In this document: in pieces, positions 1 to 14,476 of the stretch
Position numbering within the stretch: the first letter of the stretch is position 1
How the letters are laid out: every line of letters begins with the position of its first letter
Program-made: the position numbers and the translations under genes
The notes under the pieces: generated by a model
Databases searched by the model: none
Seen by the model: the letters and a program-made list of their open reading frames with translations, nothing else
What the model was told of the DNA's origin: nothing
Assembly: GCA_050613775.1 (NCBI GenBank)
Contig: JBODTK010000013.1
Coordinates: 1,116,001-1,180,000, forward strand
DNA: 64,000 bases
Reading direction: 5' to 3'
Source of the DNA: Neocallimastix sp. 'constans'
Taxonomy: Eukaryota

Positions 1-1029
1 ATTTTTATATTTTCTATATGTATATAATAATTATGTTTTATATTAATTCTTACTAACTAAAAACATTTGACCTTTTTTTAAATATTTTCAATTCAAAAAA
101 TATATAAATGCATTTTTTTAAAAAAAAAAAGTTTTCTTTGTATAAAAGATTTATTTTTAAGAAAAACATTTTATTTATATGTATTTTACAATATTTTATA
201 TTTTTAACAATATTGAATAACAATTAGAAAAAATAATATAAAAGAATAATACCAAAAACAATAATAACAATAATAAATGAATTAATATAAAATAAAATAA
301 TATAAAATAATGACTTAATAATGAAAAATCAAATAATAATAATATAATAATTATAATATGATTATCAAAATTATATATTTGTGAAACTCTAATATAAAAA
401 AATTGATTATTTTAATCTAACAGATATTATATATATGAAATTATTTAAAAAGAAATTAAATTTTTCTATAAAAAAAAATAAATAAATAAATAAATAGAAT
501 AAATAAATAGAATAAATAAATAGAATAAATAAATAGAATAAATAAATAAAGAATAATCATAATATATCATTTTTGAATATATCTTTAACGTTTCCAATTT
601 TCCAATAGAATTATTAAAATTAATATATTTAATTAAAAAATTGTATATAATTGGGAAAAAAATTATATTTTATGTATATAATTAAATAATATTTTAATAT
701 AAATAAGTTTTCATATATAATTTTTTTTATTGAAAATTTAGGAAAAAAACTTAACATAAAAAAAAAATTAATTTTATCTGTATAAAATAAAGTTTATTAA
801 ATTCTTAATAATTATATTTATTTAATATTTTCTATAGCCAAAGATTCAATATCTTATTTATTATTGTTCAAAGTGATTCTTTTGTTCATAATCAATTTGA
901 ATAGATTTTTATTATTATTATTTATATTCAAACAATAATATAACAGAAAATTATAAATCAAATTTATATTAATTTTAATATTAATTTTAAATTACTATAA
1001 TTATTGTTTATTTTATTCTATACTAAATC

Positions 1030-1515
1030 ACAACTATTTTATTTATTTTTTTTATTATATTTATCCGTTCATTTATTTATTATATTAATTTATTTATTTA
1101 CTTACTTTATCTATTTTATTTATTGTATTTATTTATTTATTTACTTATTTTATCTATTTTATTTATTTTATTTATTGTATTTATCTGTTCATTTATTTAT
1201 TTATTATATTTATTTATTTATTTATTTTATCATTATATTCCTTTTAAATTTTCTTTTTAATAAATATTTAATAAACTTAATGTGCTATTATTTCCACTAT
1301 ATACTAATTATTTTTTATTTTATTTATTATATTTATCTATTCATTTATTTATTATATTTATTTATTTATTTTATCTATTTATTTTATTTATTTATTTATT
1401 ATATTTATTTATTTATTATATTTATTTATTTATTTATTTTATCATTATATTTCTTTTAAATTTTTTTTTTATAAATATTAAATTTAATAAATTTAATATG
1501 CTATTATTTACACAC
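1030..1515. repeat. Low-complexity (TTTA)n-rich degenerate tandem repeat
   Basis: TTTA/TATT runs; the block ttttatcattatatt...taataaa(c/t)ttaat(g/a)tgctattattt occurs at ~1225 and ~1437. This explains the spurious F/Y/I/L ORFs. Confidence 0.7.
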
Positions 1516-1546
1516 TTTTTTAATTTTTAATTTGTTTATTAAAATT

Positions 1547-1600
1547 GGGAGTGTAGCATTTCACAAATTTGCATTTCAGAAAATGTGGGTTTCAAAATTT
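1547..1600. mobile_element. Degenerate single TIR fragment resembling the MITE at 17017
   Basis: gggagtgtagcatttcacaaatttgcatttcag resembles the MITE terminus gggagagttgaattttcccaaattgcatttcac; no partner TIR found. Confidence 0.35.
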
Positions 1601-3174
1601 AATAAATAAACAAATAAATTAATAAGTAAATAAATAAACAATTTTAATAAATAATGCCAAATTAGGGTTAAAGTTTTTTTTATTTTATTATTCTTTTAAT
1701 ATTTATTTAAAGAATATGAATTAATATTCTTTAGAAATTGAATATTTTTGAAATTTTCATTATATATATATTTAAAAAATTAATATATATACTTGAAATC
1801 TATAAAAAGTATTTAAAATAAAACAAAAAGAAGCGTTTAAAAATTAAAAAGGATTTATATTTTTAATATATATAAATATCTTTATATAAAATCTTTTCAT
1901 ATTCTTAAAAATAAGATATTATTCAAAAATAGAAAAAAAAATATTATTTGACAATAAAATATTATTTGAAAATAAAATATTTAAATACAAGTCTTAGAAA
2001 AAGAAGAAAAAAATTCATTTACTTTTTATATTTATTGATTGTTAGATTTAATTTTAAAAAATTTAAAAATTAGGATTATTATAACAATTTTCTAATATAA
2101 CAAATAATGCATCAGAGCCCTTCAATAATTTTTTAAATAGATTCTTTTTTTTTAAAAAAAAATATTCTAAAAATTTTACAGCATAATAGTATAATTCTTT
2201 TTTTTTTTTTTTAATAACTAATGCTCTTTTATAGTGCCAAATACAGTATTTAATATTTATATTAGGATATATTTTTTCTGTTGTATTAAATATGCCTTTC
2301 TCGAAATCACAGTGAAAATTTTTTGGAGTAATTATAGTATTATCGCTATATTTGTTAGAATTTTTTTTATTTATTCAAATAATATCTCATAAGTAGCTTG
2401 TTCTTTATTTTTAATATGGAAAAATGAAGTAGTATAAAAGCTATTTAATTATTTTATATAAGTTTTAGTAATTAACACTTGATAACTAAATTTAGGTGTA
2501 TCATCTATATACCTTTATTATATTTTATAAATAATTTTCTTGGGGATTGAAAGATTATTGAATTTGAATTTTTGAATATTGTAATTACTAATTATTTTAT
2601 TTATTTTTTATTATAAATCATAATATTTATTACAATAAAATATATATATAGATGTACATATTTTATTAAATTTTTTCATTTCTACATTTTTTCTTTATTT
2701 TTAGAAAATAAAAACCAACATATAAATAAGTAATTAAATAAATATTTAATTTTTTTTTTTATATAAATAAATATTTAATGTTTTATATAATTTTATATAA
2801 TTTATTAATACTTTGTGCATTTAATTTTAGCCAATTAAAATAGTATTTAATAATAAACTTTATTTACAAATTTAATATATATGATAGAGTTATTTATTCT
2901 CAAATATTGAATTATTTCATAAAACATTTAATATCATTTATTTAATAAAATATAAATATACTATTAAATCTTAAATTTAAAAAATAAAAATATTAAAAAT
3001 TCTATTATTTATGAATATTTTCATGTATAAAAATTATAGACTAAAAAATATTGTATAAATACCAGTAACTTTATCACTTTTCGTATTTTTCTTCAATTGC
3101 AAAAATCAAATTTTTATTTATACACAAGCATTAATTGAAAAAAAAATATTTTTTTTTTATAACCTAGATTATTT

Positions 3175-3209
<35 letters not shown>

Positions 3210-3405
3210 TATTATATTTAAAAAAAAAAAAAATTATAATAAAATAAAATAAAATAGAATATCAAATTGATATTATATCATTTATTAATTATTTTTTATT
3301 AAATATTAAATATTATTGGAATATATATTTAGCATTTTTTTAAATCAAATATATTTCATTAATATAATATATTTAAAATTATATCAAAAATTTATCTTAG
3401 GGAAA

Positions 3406-4697
3406 ATGTATAACAAATTATTTTTAGTCATTTTAATTAATATTTTAGTTTCTCAAACCTTCGGCATTCCATGTTGGGGATGGAATACTGGAAATAATTG
3501 GGGAAGGAACAAATGGAGTTGGAATAAACCATCTGTAGCTCCAAAGCCAACTACAACTATATCAAAACCAACTCAAGAAATTCCAGACTGTTCTGAACCA
3601 TGTAATAAACACTTACCAGAATGTGTCTAAAACCAAAGAATAAAAATTTACCTGAATGTTTTATTGATTGTACCAAACCAGAAAATAAGAATCTTGATTT
3701 TAGCAGTAATTATGATGAATCAAAATCAGATTGTTGCTTAGAAAAAAATAAAGACCTTGAAGAATGTAAGATTTATGATGGTGAAGATGAATCAATACCA
3801 GACTGTACCAAACCAGAAAATGAAGATCATGAAGAATGTAAGATTTATGATGGTGAAGATGAATCAATAATAGATTGTACCAAACCAGAAAATAAATATC
3901 TTGATATATGTAATGATAATGATGAATCAAAACCAGATTGTAATTTAGAAAAAAATAAAAACTTACCTGAATATGTTATTGATTGTTCAAAGCCAGAAAA
4001 AAATAGATTTTGAAGAATGTATTATGGATTGTACTAAACCAGAAAATAAAGATCTTGATGAATGCAAAATTTATGATGGTGAAGATAAATCAATACCAGA
4101 TTGTACTAAATCAGAAAATAAAGATCTTGAAGAATGTGTTATTGACTATTCAAAACAAGAAAATAAAGAACTTGAAGAATGTATTATTGTCTGTACTAAA
4201 CCAGAAAATAAGGATCTTGAAGAATGTAAGATTTATGATAGTGAAGATGAACCAATAACAGATTGTACCAAGCCAGAAAATAGAGATCTTGAAGAATGTA
4301 AGATTTATAATGGCGAAGATGAACCAATAATAGATTGTACCAAACCAGAAAATAAAGATCTTGACGTATGTAATAATAATGATGAATCAAAACCAGAATG
4401 TAGTTTAGAAAAGATTAAAAATTTACCAGAATGTGTTATTGATTGTGCTAAACCAGAAAATATGGACATTTCAGAATGTGTCAATGACAGTGATGTTGAA
4501 AATGAGAATGAGAATGATGACGATGAAACTAAAATTTAAGTAATAATGAAGTTGAAAATTTAAATGATAATGAATCTGAAAATTTAAGTGATAATGAAGT
4601 AGAGGAAGAGAAAGATCTTGAAGAAGCCAAAGAAGTACTATATGAAGCAAAGAAACAGCTTAAAGAAATGAAATATAAACATAGAAATAAATATTAA
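3406..4697 (+). pseudogene. Frameshifted paralogue of the secreted Cys-rich repeat protein at 7347
   Basis: ATG 3406 gives MYNKLFLVILINILVSQTFG.., nearly identical to the N-terminus of 7347. Homology is split over three ORFs (frameshifts ~3627, ~4005, ~4535) and ends in the same ..KEMKYKHRNKY* at 4697. About 600 bp of upstream DNA is co-duplicated (2810-3405 vs 6683-7346). Confidence 0.85.
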
Positions 4698-7346
4698 TTT
4701 CTTTTTTTCAATTTTACTATAACTTTAATTTATATATATGTACTTTTTATTTTTTTTATTTATGATTTTTTATTCATAAAAATTGAACAAAAAAAAATTT
4801 TTTTTTTCTTAACAGAAATAAAGATAAAATTTTATTGTAAATTAGAATTGTATATCACCAAAAAATTTTTTTAATAATGTATATAATTAAATAAAATAAA
4901 AACAAATACAATAAAATATAAGAAAATAAAAATTGATAAAATAAAATAAAATAAAATTTATCATTATGCTATTATAAATCAATAAATAAATAATATATAT
5001 TTTTTATATAATATATTATATTATAAATTTTGTTATTATGCTATTATATGCTAATAAATAATTAATATATTTTATTATATAATATAAAATATTATTTAAT
5101 CATAATAAAAATTCTTTTTAAATTTATTCAAATTTTCTAAGAATAAAAAAAAAAATAAAAATAAAAAAAGATGTAAATATAATGAAAAAAGTATTTAAAA
5201 ATTTAATATAGATATATTTTTTAACTAAATTCTAACACATATATTAATATGTGTTCTATAGTCTCTATTTATTTTTTCGTTTTATTTTTTATAATTATTT
5301 ATTATTATTATTATATTATTAATATAGTTTAAATATAATAAATATAATTTTTTTAAATTATATTCATTTCTTCATATATATAATGTTAGATTTTCAAACT
5401 AAAATTCCTTTCATCAAAATTGCAAAAAAATTTTTTTCGTACGAATGCATGAAATTATTATTACATAATCTTCAAAATCTTATCTAATATTAATTATATT
5501 AAATATTGATTTATATTAAATTAATTTAGTCTTTTAAAGAGCCCTTCCAATAAAAAGAAATAAACAGAAGAGTACGTTATATAACAATATTAACAAAAAA
5601 CGAAAACAAAAACAAAAACAAAAACAAAAAAAAACAAAAAAAAAAAAAAAAGGAAAAAAGTTAATTTTTATTTTTAATATAACTAGTAGGTGTTATATTT
5701 ATAATTATTGTTTTAGTAAGTAAAAAAGTAAACAAAATAAGTTTTTTTATTTCAGTGTAATTAAATTATTATAAATAATAAATTTTCTATTAAATAAAGT
5801 TTATATTAAAAAATTTTCGTACATCATTGAGCGTTATTAGTTGGTCTCCTTAAAATATAATACAATTGTATTATAATTTTATAAAGAAAAAAATTGTGTG
5901 AAATCTATCAAAATTGTACCTCCTAAATTCTTTGTACACAAAGAGAATTTTTTTTTTTTTTTTTTTTTTATAGCCGCAATTATTGAGAACTTTAATCTAT
6001 ATTTATATATTATTAATTACATGAATATTTTTTATTACCAAAAAACAAACAAACAAAAAAAAAAAAAAAAAAAAAAAAAAATAAATAAATATTATTTATC
6101 CAATTAGAACATAATAATATTTAATATAATAACGTGAACTAAAAAAAAGTAATATTCATAAAATAAAGTGTATAAATAAATTCGGAAAAACACATAGAGA
6201 ATGAATCAAGAAATTCTCCAATAACAAAAAATTCTACTAACTGTACCTCAAAAATGAATAAATTCAATATTAATGTTAAAAACATAAAATATAAATATAT
6301 ATATTAAAAATTAAACAACTAGAATTAATTTAATTATAAATAATAAATGAGAATTAATTTAATTATTTGTAAAAAATAATAAAAATAAAAATAAATAAAT
6401 AAAGATATAAATATATAAAATCATTATTAATTTGTTATTAACTATATCTCCTATTATTTTTTATTATTATTTTTTTTTATTGGAATATCGAAATAAAATA
6501 AAAAAAAAAAATAAAAATTCAAATATTGGAAAAAAAAAATAAATAAATAAAAAAGAAATAAAGAAACTTAATATTAAAAATTAAAAATTAATTATATTTA
6601 TATTGTATATTTATAATTATATTTTGTAAAAAGGACATCAATATTTATATTTATTTAATTTATTTAATTTATTTATTAAGATTTGGTACATTTAATTTTA
6701 GCCAATTAAAATAGTATTTAATAATAAATTTTATTTACAATTTTTAATATACGATAGAGTTATTTCATTTCTCAAATTGATATATTTCATATAACACTTA
6801 ATACCATTTATTTAATGAAATAAACATTCCATTAAATTATAATTAAATTTTAAAAAATATTAAAAATATAAATATTCTATTATTTATGAATATTCTAATG
6901 TTATAAAATTATGGACTAAAAAATATTGTATAAATACCTGTAACTTTATCACTTTTCGTATTTTTTTTTCAATTACAAAATCAAATTTTTATTCATACAC
7001 AAGCATTAATTAAAAAAAAAATCTTTTAACTTTGATTATTTTACTAAAAAAAAAAAAAAAAAAAAAAAAATTGTTTTATAAATTTAAAAAAAAAAAATTA
7101 TAATTAAATAAAATAGAATATCAAATTGATATTATATCATTTATTAATTATTTTTTATTAAATATTAAATATTATTGGAATATATATTTAGCATTTTTTT
7201 AAATCAAATATATTTCATTAATATAATATATTTTAATTATATCAAAACTATCAATATTTATCTTTGTTTTTATTATAAAATACATTAAAAAAAATTGTAT
7301 ATAATTTATAATTTTTAAAAAAAAATTTAAATTTATCTTATGGAAA

Positions 7347-9320
7347 ATGTATAGTAAATTATTTTTAGTCATGTTAATCAATACTTTAGTTTCTCAAACC
7401 TTCGGTATGCCATGTTGGGGATGGAATACTGGAAATAATTGGGGATGGAACAAATGGAATTGGAATAATTGGAGTTGGAATAAACCATCTGTAGCTCCAA
7501 AGCCAACTACAACTATATCAAAACCAACTCAAGAAATTCCAGATTGTTCTAAATCATGTAATAAACACTTACCAGAATGTGCTATTGATTGTTCTAAACC
7601 AAAGAATAAAAATTTACCTGAATGTATTATTGATTGTTCTAAACCATGTAATAAACATTTACCTGAATGTATTATTGATTGCTCTAAGCCAGAAAATAAG
7701 AATTTATCTGAATGTATTATTGATTGCTCTAAGCCAGAAAATAAGAATTTATCTGAATGTATTATTGATTGTACCAAACCAGAAAATAAAGATCTTGATG
7801 AATGCAAAATTTATGATGGTGAAGATGAACCAATACCAGATTGTACTAAACCAGAAAATAAAGATCTTGATGAATGCAAAATTTATGATGGTGAAGATGA
7901 ACCAATACCAGATTGTACTAAACCAGAAAATAAAGATCTTGATGAATGCAAAATTTATGAAGGTGAAGATGAACCAATACCAGATTGTACTAAACCAGAA
8001 AATAAAGATCTTGATGAATGCAAAATTTATGATGGTGAAGATGAACCAATACCAGATTGTACTAAGCCAGAAAATAAAGATCTTGAAGAATGTGTTATTG
8101 ACTGTTCTATACCAGAAAATAAGGATCTTGAAGAATGTAAGATTTATGATGGTGAAGATGAACCAATAACAAATTGTACTAAACCAGAAAAAAAAGATCT
8201 TGATGAATGCAAAATTTATGATGGTAAAGATGAACCAATTCCAGATTGTACTAAGCCGGAAAATAAAGATCTTGAAATTTGTAATGATAATGATAAATCA
8301 AAACCAGATTGTTCATTAGAAAAGAATAAAAATTTACCAGAATGTACTGTTGATTGTTCGAAACCAAAGAATAAAAATTTACCTGAATGTATTATTGATT
8401 GTACTAAACCAGAAAATAAGGATCTTGATGAATGCAAAATTTATGATGGTGAAGATGAACCAATACCAGATTGTACAAAATCAGAAAATAAAGATCTCGA
8501 CGTTTGTAATAATAATGATGAATCAAAACCAGACTGCAGTTTAGAAAAGAATAAAGATCTTGAAGAATGCATTATTGACTGTTCAAAACCAGAAAATAAG
8601 GATCTTGAAGAATGTAAGATTTATGATGGTGAAGATGAACCAGTAACAAATTGTACTAAACCAGAAAATAAAGATCTTGATGAATGTAAAAATTATGATG
8701 GTAAAGATGAGCCAATTCCAGATTGTACTAAGCCAGAAAATAAAGATCTTGATATTTGTAATAATAATGATGAATCAAAACCAGATTGTAGATTAGAAAA
8801 GAATAAAAATTTACCAGAATGTATTATTGACTGTTCTAAACCAGAAAATAAAGATCTTGAAGAATGTATTATGGATTGTGCTAAACCAGAAAATAAAGAT
8901 CTTGATGAATGCAAAATTTATGATGGTGAAGATGAACCAATACCAGATTGTACTAAGCCAGAAAATAAAGATCTTGAAGAATGTGTTATTGACTGTTCTA
9001 AACCAGAAAATAAAGACCTTGAAGAATGTAATATTTATGATAGTGAAGATGAATCAATACCAGATTGTACAAAACCAAAAAATATGGACCTTTCAGAATG
9101 TATTAATGACAGTGATATTGAAAATGAGAATGATAATGATGATGATGAAACAAAAAATTTAAGTGATAATGAAGTCGAAAATTTAAATGATAATGATACT
9201 GAAAATTTAAGTGATACTGAAGCCGAGGAAGAGAAAGATCTCGAAGAAGCCAAAACCATTCTTAAAGAAGCTAAGAAAATGCTTAAAGAAATGAAATATA
9301 AACATAGAAACAAATATTAA
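7347..9320 (+). CDS. Secreted acidic Cys-rich tandem-repeat protein (657 aa), function unknown
   Basis: Intronless ORF: signal peptide, W/N/G-rich motif, many DC(S/T)KPENK(D/N)LxEC modules joined by IID or KIYDGEDEPIP linkers, an acidic tract and a basic helical tail. Confidence 0.92.
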   Translation: MYSKLFLVMLINTLVSQTFGMPCWGWNTGNNWGWNKWNWNNWSWNKPSVAPKPTTTISKPTQEIPDCSKSCNKHLPECAIDCSKPKNKNLPECIIDCSKPCNKHLPECIIDCSKPENKNLSECIIDCSKPENKNLSECIIDCTKPENKDLDECKIYDGEDEPIPDCTKPENKDLDECKIYDGEDEPIPDCTKPENKDLDECKIYEGEDEPIPDCTKPENKDLDECKIYDGEDEPIPDCTKPENKDLEECVIDCSIPENKDLEECKIYDGEDEPITNCTKPEKKDLDECKIYDGKDEPIPDCTKPENKDLEICNDNDKSKPDCSLEKNKNLPECTVDCSKPKNKNLPECIIDCTKPENKDLDECKIYDGEDEPIPDCTKSENKDLDVCNNNDESKPDCSLEKNKDLEECIIDCSKPENKDLEECKIYDGEDEPVTNCTKPENKDLDECKNYDGKDEPIPDCTKPENKDLDICNNNDESKPDCRLEKNKNLPECIIDCSKPENKDLEECIMDCAKPENKDLDECKIYDGEDEPIPDCTKPENKDLEECVIDCSKPENKDLEECNIYDSEDESIPDCTKPKNMDLSECINDSDIENENDNDDDETKNLSDNEVENLNDNDTENLSDTEAEEEKDLEEAKTILKEAKKMLKEMKYKHRNKY

Positions 9321-9879
9321 ATTTTTTAATTTAAATTTAAATTTAAATTTTATTTTTTTTTTTTTTTTTTTTTATTTATTTATTTATTTATTTTTTTATT
9401 TATTTATTTTTAAATATATATAATTTTTCCTAACAAATATAGACATAATTATTTAATTGTAAATAATAATTGTTTAATATAAAACAAAATAAAAAATAAA
9501 AATAAAAATAAAAATGTTTATTATCATGTACATATATAATATTAAATAATAATAATAATAATAATAAATAAATAAAATATTAATGAAATAATAAAAAAAA
9601 AATAAAAAATAAATAAAAATGAAACTATTAAATGACGTGATTAAAAAAAATATATAAATTGTATATAATATTTTCTTTTTATAAAATTAATTTAAAGTAA
9701 CTATATAATCATAATTTTTTAAGATTTAAACAAAATTCTATGTAATATAAAAAAAATAATTAACATCAAACAAAAATTATATATATATATAAATATTAAA
9801 AGTTGTAATATACAAATTAACCAGTCAATAATTAATTATTTGGTTATTTATAATAAAGTTATATTTAAAAAACGTTGTT

Positions 9880-9911
<32 letters not shown>

Positions 9912-10099
9912 CCATATTATTATATAAATATATATTTATTTAATAAATTTTTTGAATATATATAAAAAAAAAAAAAAAACTTTTAAAAAAAATAATTTTA
10001 TGATGAGATAAAAATATATATATATATGTATATACATAAATATATAAAAATTTTTATTTTATATAATTAAACGGCTTAAATTAATATTTATTGTTTCTA

Positions 10100-10320
10100 T
10101 TATTATTATAATTATTATTATAATTATTATTAAAATTATTATTATAATTAATTATTATTATAATTATTATTAAAATTATTATTATAATTAATTATTATTA
10201 TAATTATTATTAAAATTATTATAATTAATTATTATTATAATTATTATTAAAATTATTATTATAATTAATTATTATTATAATTATTATTAAAGTTATTATT
10301 ATAATTAATTATTATAGTTA
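10100..10320. repeat. AT-only minisatellite
   Basis: Repeated attattattataattattattaaaattatt.. units. Confidence 0.75.
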
Positions 10321-10673
10321 TTATAATAGTTATTATTTCTTTTTTACAATATTTTCATCATTATTATTATTATTATTAGTTTTATTATTTTTATTATCAT
10401 TATTTTCATTATTATTATTAGTTTTATTATTATTATTATTATTATTAGTAGTATTTATTATTTTCATTATTATTTATTTATTATTTATTATTATATAAAT
10501 ATATATATATGTATAGAAATAAATATATATATTTATATTTTTTTTTTCTTCATTAATATTGTTTTTTAGGTAAAGTTTGTTAATTGATTAACCAATATTG
10601 GAAAAAGATTTCTTCTTAGTTTTCACTTTTTTTAGTATTTTCATCATTATCATTGTCACTATTAATTTCATCA

Positions 10674-10765
10674 CTATTCATCTTCATCTTCATTAGAAGT
10701 TAATGATAAAGATAATAACGTATTACTGTTATTATTACTATTATCCACTTTAATTAAAAATTAAT

Positions 10766-10796
<31 letters not shown>

Positions 10797-13766
10797 TAGT
10801 GAAAAAATTAATATTAATATTAATAAAAAAAAATTAACCAAATAATTTTAAAATTTTATATCAATAATAATAATATATATGTATATATTTTAAATATTAT
10901 AATAAAAAATAAAAAAATACCTTTACTTTTATCAGTATAATTTGAAAAATTCTCTTCTTCTTCTGTTTCATCTTCTGTTTCTTCTTCTGTTTCTTCTTCC
11001 ACTTCTTCCTCATCATTTTCATCTATTTTTTGAAGATGTTTATTTTTTCTTACAGAAACTTCGTAATTATCCAAAAAAATAGAATTAGTTATTAAATATT
11101 TCATAATTTGAGAACTATTTAAACCTAAACCTTTTATAAATAGGGAAGAAACACGTGCTGGTCTTTTTTTCAATACTCTCTTTTTTTTATTAGGATCTGA
11201 ACTATCCTTATCAGTATAATTATTAGCATAATTATTCAATACCCTTGAATAATCATTACTTGAATCATTATAAAGTTGAAAACTTCTACTCTTATATAAA
11301 TTTGACGTGTTATATTGAAATGAATTATCATTGCCACTACTAAATGAAGAAAAACTCCTATTATAATCTTTTTCTTTAAAGGTTTTTCTTGATTTTTTTA
11401 CTAAGAGACTAGAATTACGAGGAGGATGTAATATTGGTTTACGATGATCATCCTTACCTTTATTTTTATGATTAGAATCTACTATATCTATATGATGATT
11501 ATTATTTGAATGACTATTTTTTTTATCGGAGAAAGAACGATTAATTTCATTATTCTCATTATTATCTTTATAATTATCTTTATTATATAAAAATGAATTT
11601 GTAATATCTTCTGAGTTTTCAGATAAATCTAAATCTAAGAAACTCTGATTTGATAATTCATTAAATTCTTTTGAAATCGATAAATTTAGATCTTCATAAG
11701 ATTTATTCACTTCTCTATTTATATCTTCATCATTAATGTTGTTGTTTTTATTATTATTTTTATTTTCTTTATTATCATTACTATTATTATCATTATCATT
11801 ATTACTATCATTATTATTTCTATTATTATTATTGTTATTTTGGTGGCGGTGGTGGTGGTTAATTTTACTAGATAACTTATTAGTAGATGAATTATTGATT
11901 AAGGTTGTTTGAGACAATGATTGTTTAATAGGAGGCAAATTTCTAGCCTTACGCTCATTAAGTGATAAATTAATGGAATGACTTCTAGGTTGTATATTTG
12001 ATAAATGATTTGATACAATAGGTAAACGACGTGTTGATTTATCATTTTTATCTGATGAGCTGATGGACGATTTTTGTGGTACTGATGAAACAGTAGCCTT
12101 GTTGGCTAACTCTGATGAAATAAAAGATGGATTTTTTGGTACTGATGTAACAGAAACTCTCTTTGCTAATATTGGTGAATCAATTGGTGTTACATAATTT
12201 CTGTTGGTTATAGCAGGTGAAGCAACTGAATTATCCATTGAAAATGGAGGAATATATGAATTATGATGATTTATTATATTATTTATATTAATATTACTTC
12301 TATTGTTTTGAATATTATAATAACCATTATTAGTTCTATTATAATTATTATTAAGTTTATTTATATTATTTTTATTATTCATATTTTTCATATTATTTCT
12401 ATAAGTTATATTATTTTTATTATTAAAATTATTTCTACTATTTATATTATTTATATTATTTATATTATTTATATTATTTATATTATTTATATTATTTATA
12501 TTATTTATATTATTTATATTATTAAAATTATTTATACTCTTTCTATTTATATTATTCATATTATTTATATTATTTATATTATTTAAATTGTTCACATTAT
12601 TTAAATTGTTTATTTTATTTATTTTATTTGTACTATTCATATGATTGATATTATTTATTTTATTCATATTGTTTTTATAATTATTAACATGATTCAAATT
12701 ATTATTTAAGATGGAACCCTGTGTAGGTTTAGAAGAATTATAGAATGAAGGATTAGCATTGTTTTTTACGACAGGATTCAGGTAATTATTTGATTTAATA
12801 TTAATTGTTGTTTCAAAATTTTGTTTTGCTTTAAATTGATTATTAGAAGGTACGCTACGATTAGTAATAATATTTCTATTATTTTTATTTTCGGAATTCC
12901 GAAAAACTTTTATTAAAATGTTTGTCTTTTTTCTACGATGAATGACTGTACGTATAAAAATAGAAATAGCAATGATTAGAAGTCCTATAAAGGATAAAAT
13001 AATTAATACCGTGGTATAATTTTTATCTGTTTTATCATTTTCAAAATTTGTTTTATCATCAACTAAATTATGAATATAAAAATATAAACATATATTACAA
13101 TATAAAATAAATATATATTTTAATTAATAAATAAAAAGATAAAAAATAAAATTAGAAATAAAATTAGAAATAAAATTAGAAATAATAATAATTATGATAA
13201 TAATGATAATAAATATCTTACTTTTAAACATTTTTCCATCGGTAACAATAGCTTTTAAGCATTTTTCTGAGCATGTATAATAATCTTTATAATATTTTTC
13301 ACCTTTAACTTTTTCAAAAATAATATTTTTTCTTTGATTTGAATCCATTAAATCATAATTGTAAAATATAGGAAAATCAATATTTTTAATTCTATAGCAC
13401 TCGGTGGTCACACATTCTATATATATATATATAATATTAATAAAAATAATAATTAAGAAATGGATAGATACAATAATATCAAATAATAATATATATTAAT
13501 ATTCATAATTTTTTTTTTTTTTTGACTATTATTATTTCTTATTTTATTTTATTATATATATATATATATATATATATACCTGTAGGACAATCATACATAG
13601 AATTTACGTTAGTCATGCAACCCCATTGTGAGTTACACCATTGACAATCGTTATTTTTCTTACATTCTATTTCATCTTTGAAAGATTCACATTTTAATTG
13701 TTTGGAACAACTAGTTAATAATACATTCAAATACAATATAATTAAAATATAAACCAATATCACCAT
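10674..13766 (-). CDS. 4-exon type I membrane protein: signal peptide, Cys-rich (PSI-like) ectodomain, one TM helix, long Asn-rich disordered tail
   Basis: Exons 13766-13580, 13416-13222, 13062-10921 and 10747-10674 join in frame through phase-1 GT..AG introns. CxWC-containing Cys cluster; TM VLIILSFIGLLIIAISIFI followed by HRRKK; (INN)n tract. The last exon is the least certain. Confidence 0.8.
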
Positions 13767-14061
13767 TTGTATATTTTAAATATTATTATTTTTATTGAAA
13801 TATTAAGGACACTATTATTTTTATTTTATTTTATTTTTTTTTTGCTTATTTTAATTAATTAAATTTATTAATATAATGATAAAAAGATTAAATTTATTAT
13901 TATCTCGATATATTATTATTGATGTTACTATTCTTCGAAAATAAATATTTTCTTAAATATATATATATATATAATCTAAATTATGAACATTAATATGACA
14001 TTATAAATACAAAATAAAAAAAAAAATAGAATAGTTTAATTTTATTTAATTATTTAAAAAA

Positions 14062-14109
<48 letters not shown>

Positions 14110-14413
14110 ACTAAAAAAATATATATAGATATGTTATATCATACTTCTACCATACAATGAAATTAAATTAAGACCTCCTTAAAATTATTCATATATATAT
14201 ATTCGACATTAATATATTAACATAGTTGTTCTGATTTATATAATTCTAATAAAATAATATATTTTTATATAAATTTTAAATTTTAATATTAAAAGTCTTA
14301 TTTTATATAAAATATTAAATATTCATATTTATTTATTTATTTATTTATATTTCATACCTTTAATAAACATTGAAATTAAATTATATTAATAGTTCCTTTT
14401 TTTTCTTTTTTTC

Positions 14414-14476
<63 letters not shown>

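Noticed and set aside
1004..1530. 151-aa and 82-aa hydrophobic ORFs
   Set aside because: Translations of TTTA low-complexity repeats.
5898..6107. 69-aa ORF
   Set aside because: Built from poly-T and poly-A runs, GTG start, no motif.
7529..9313. Alternative-frame and antisense ORFs over the Cys-rich gene
   Set aside because: Shadows of a repetitive coding sequence.
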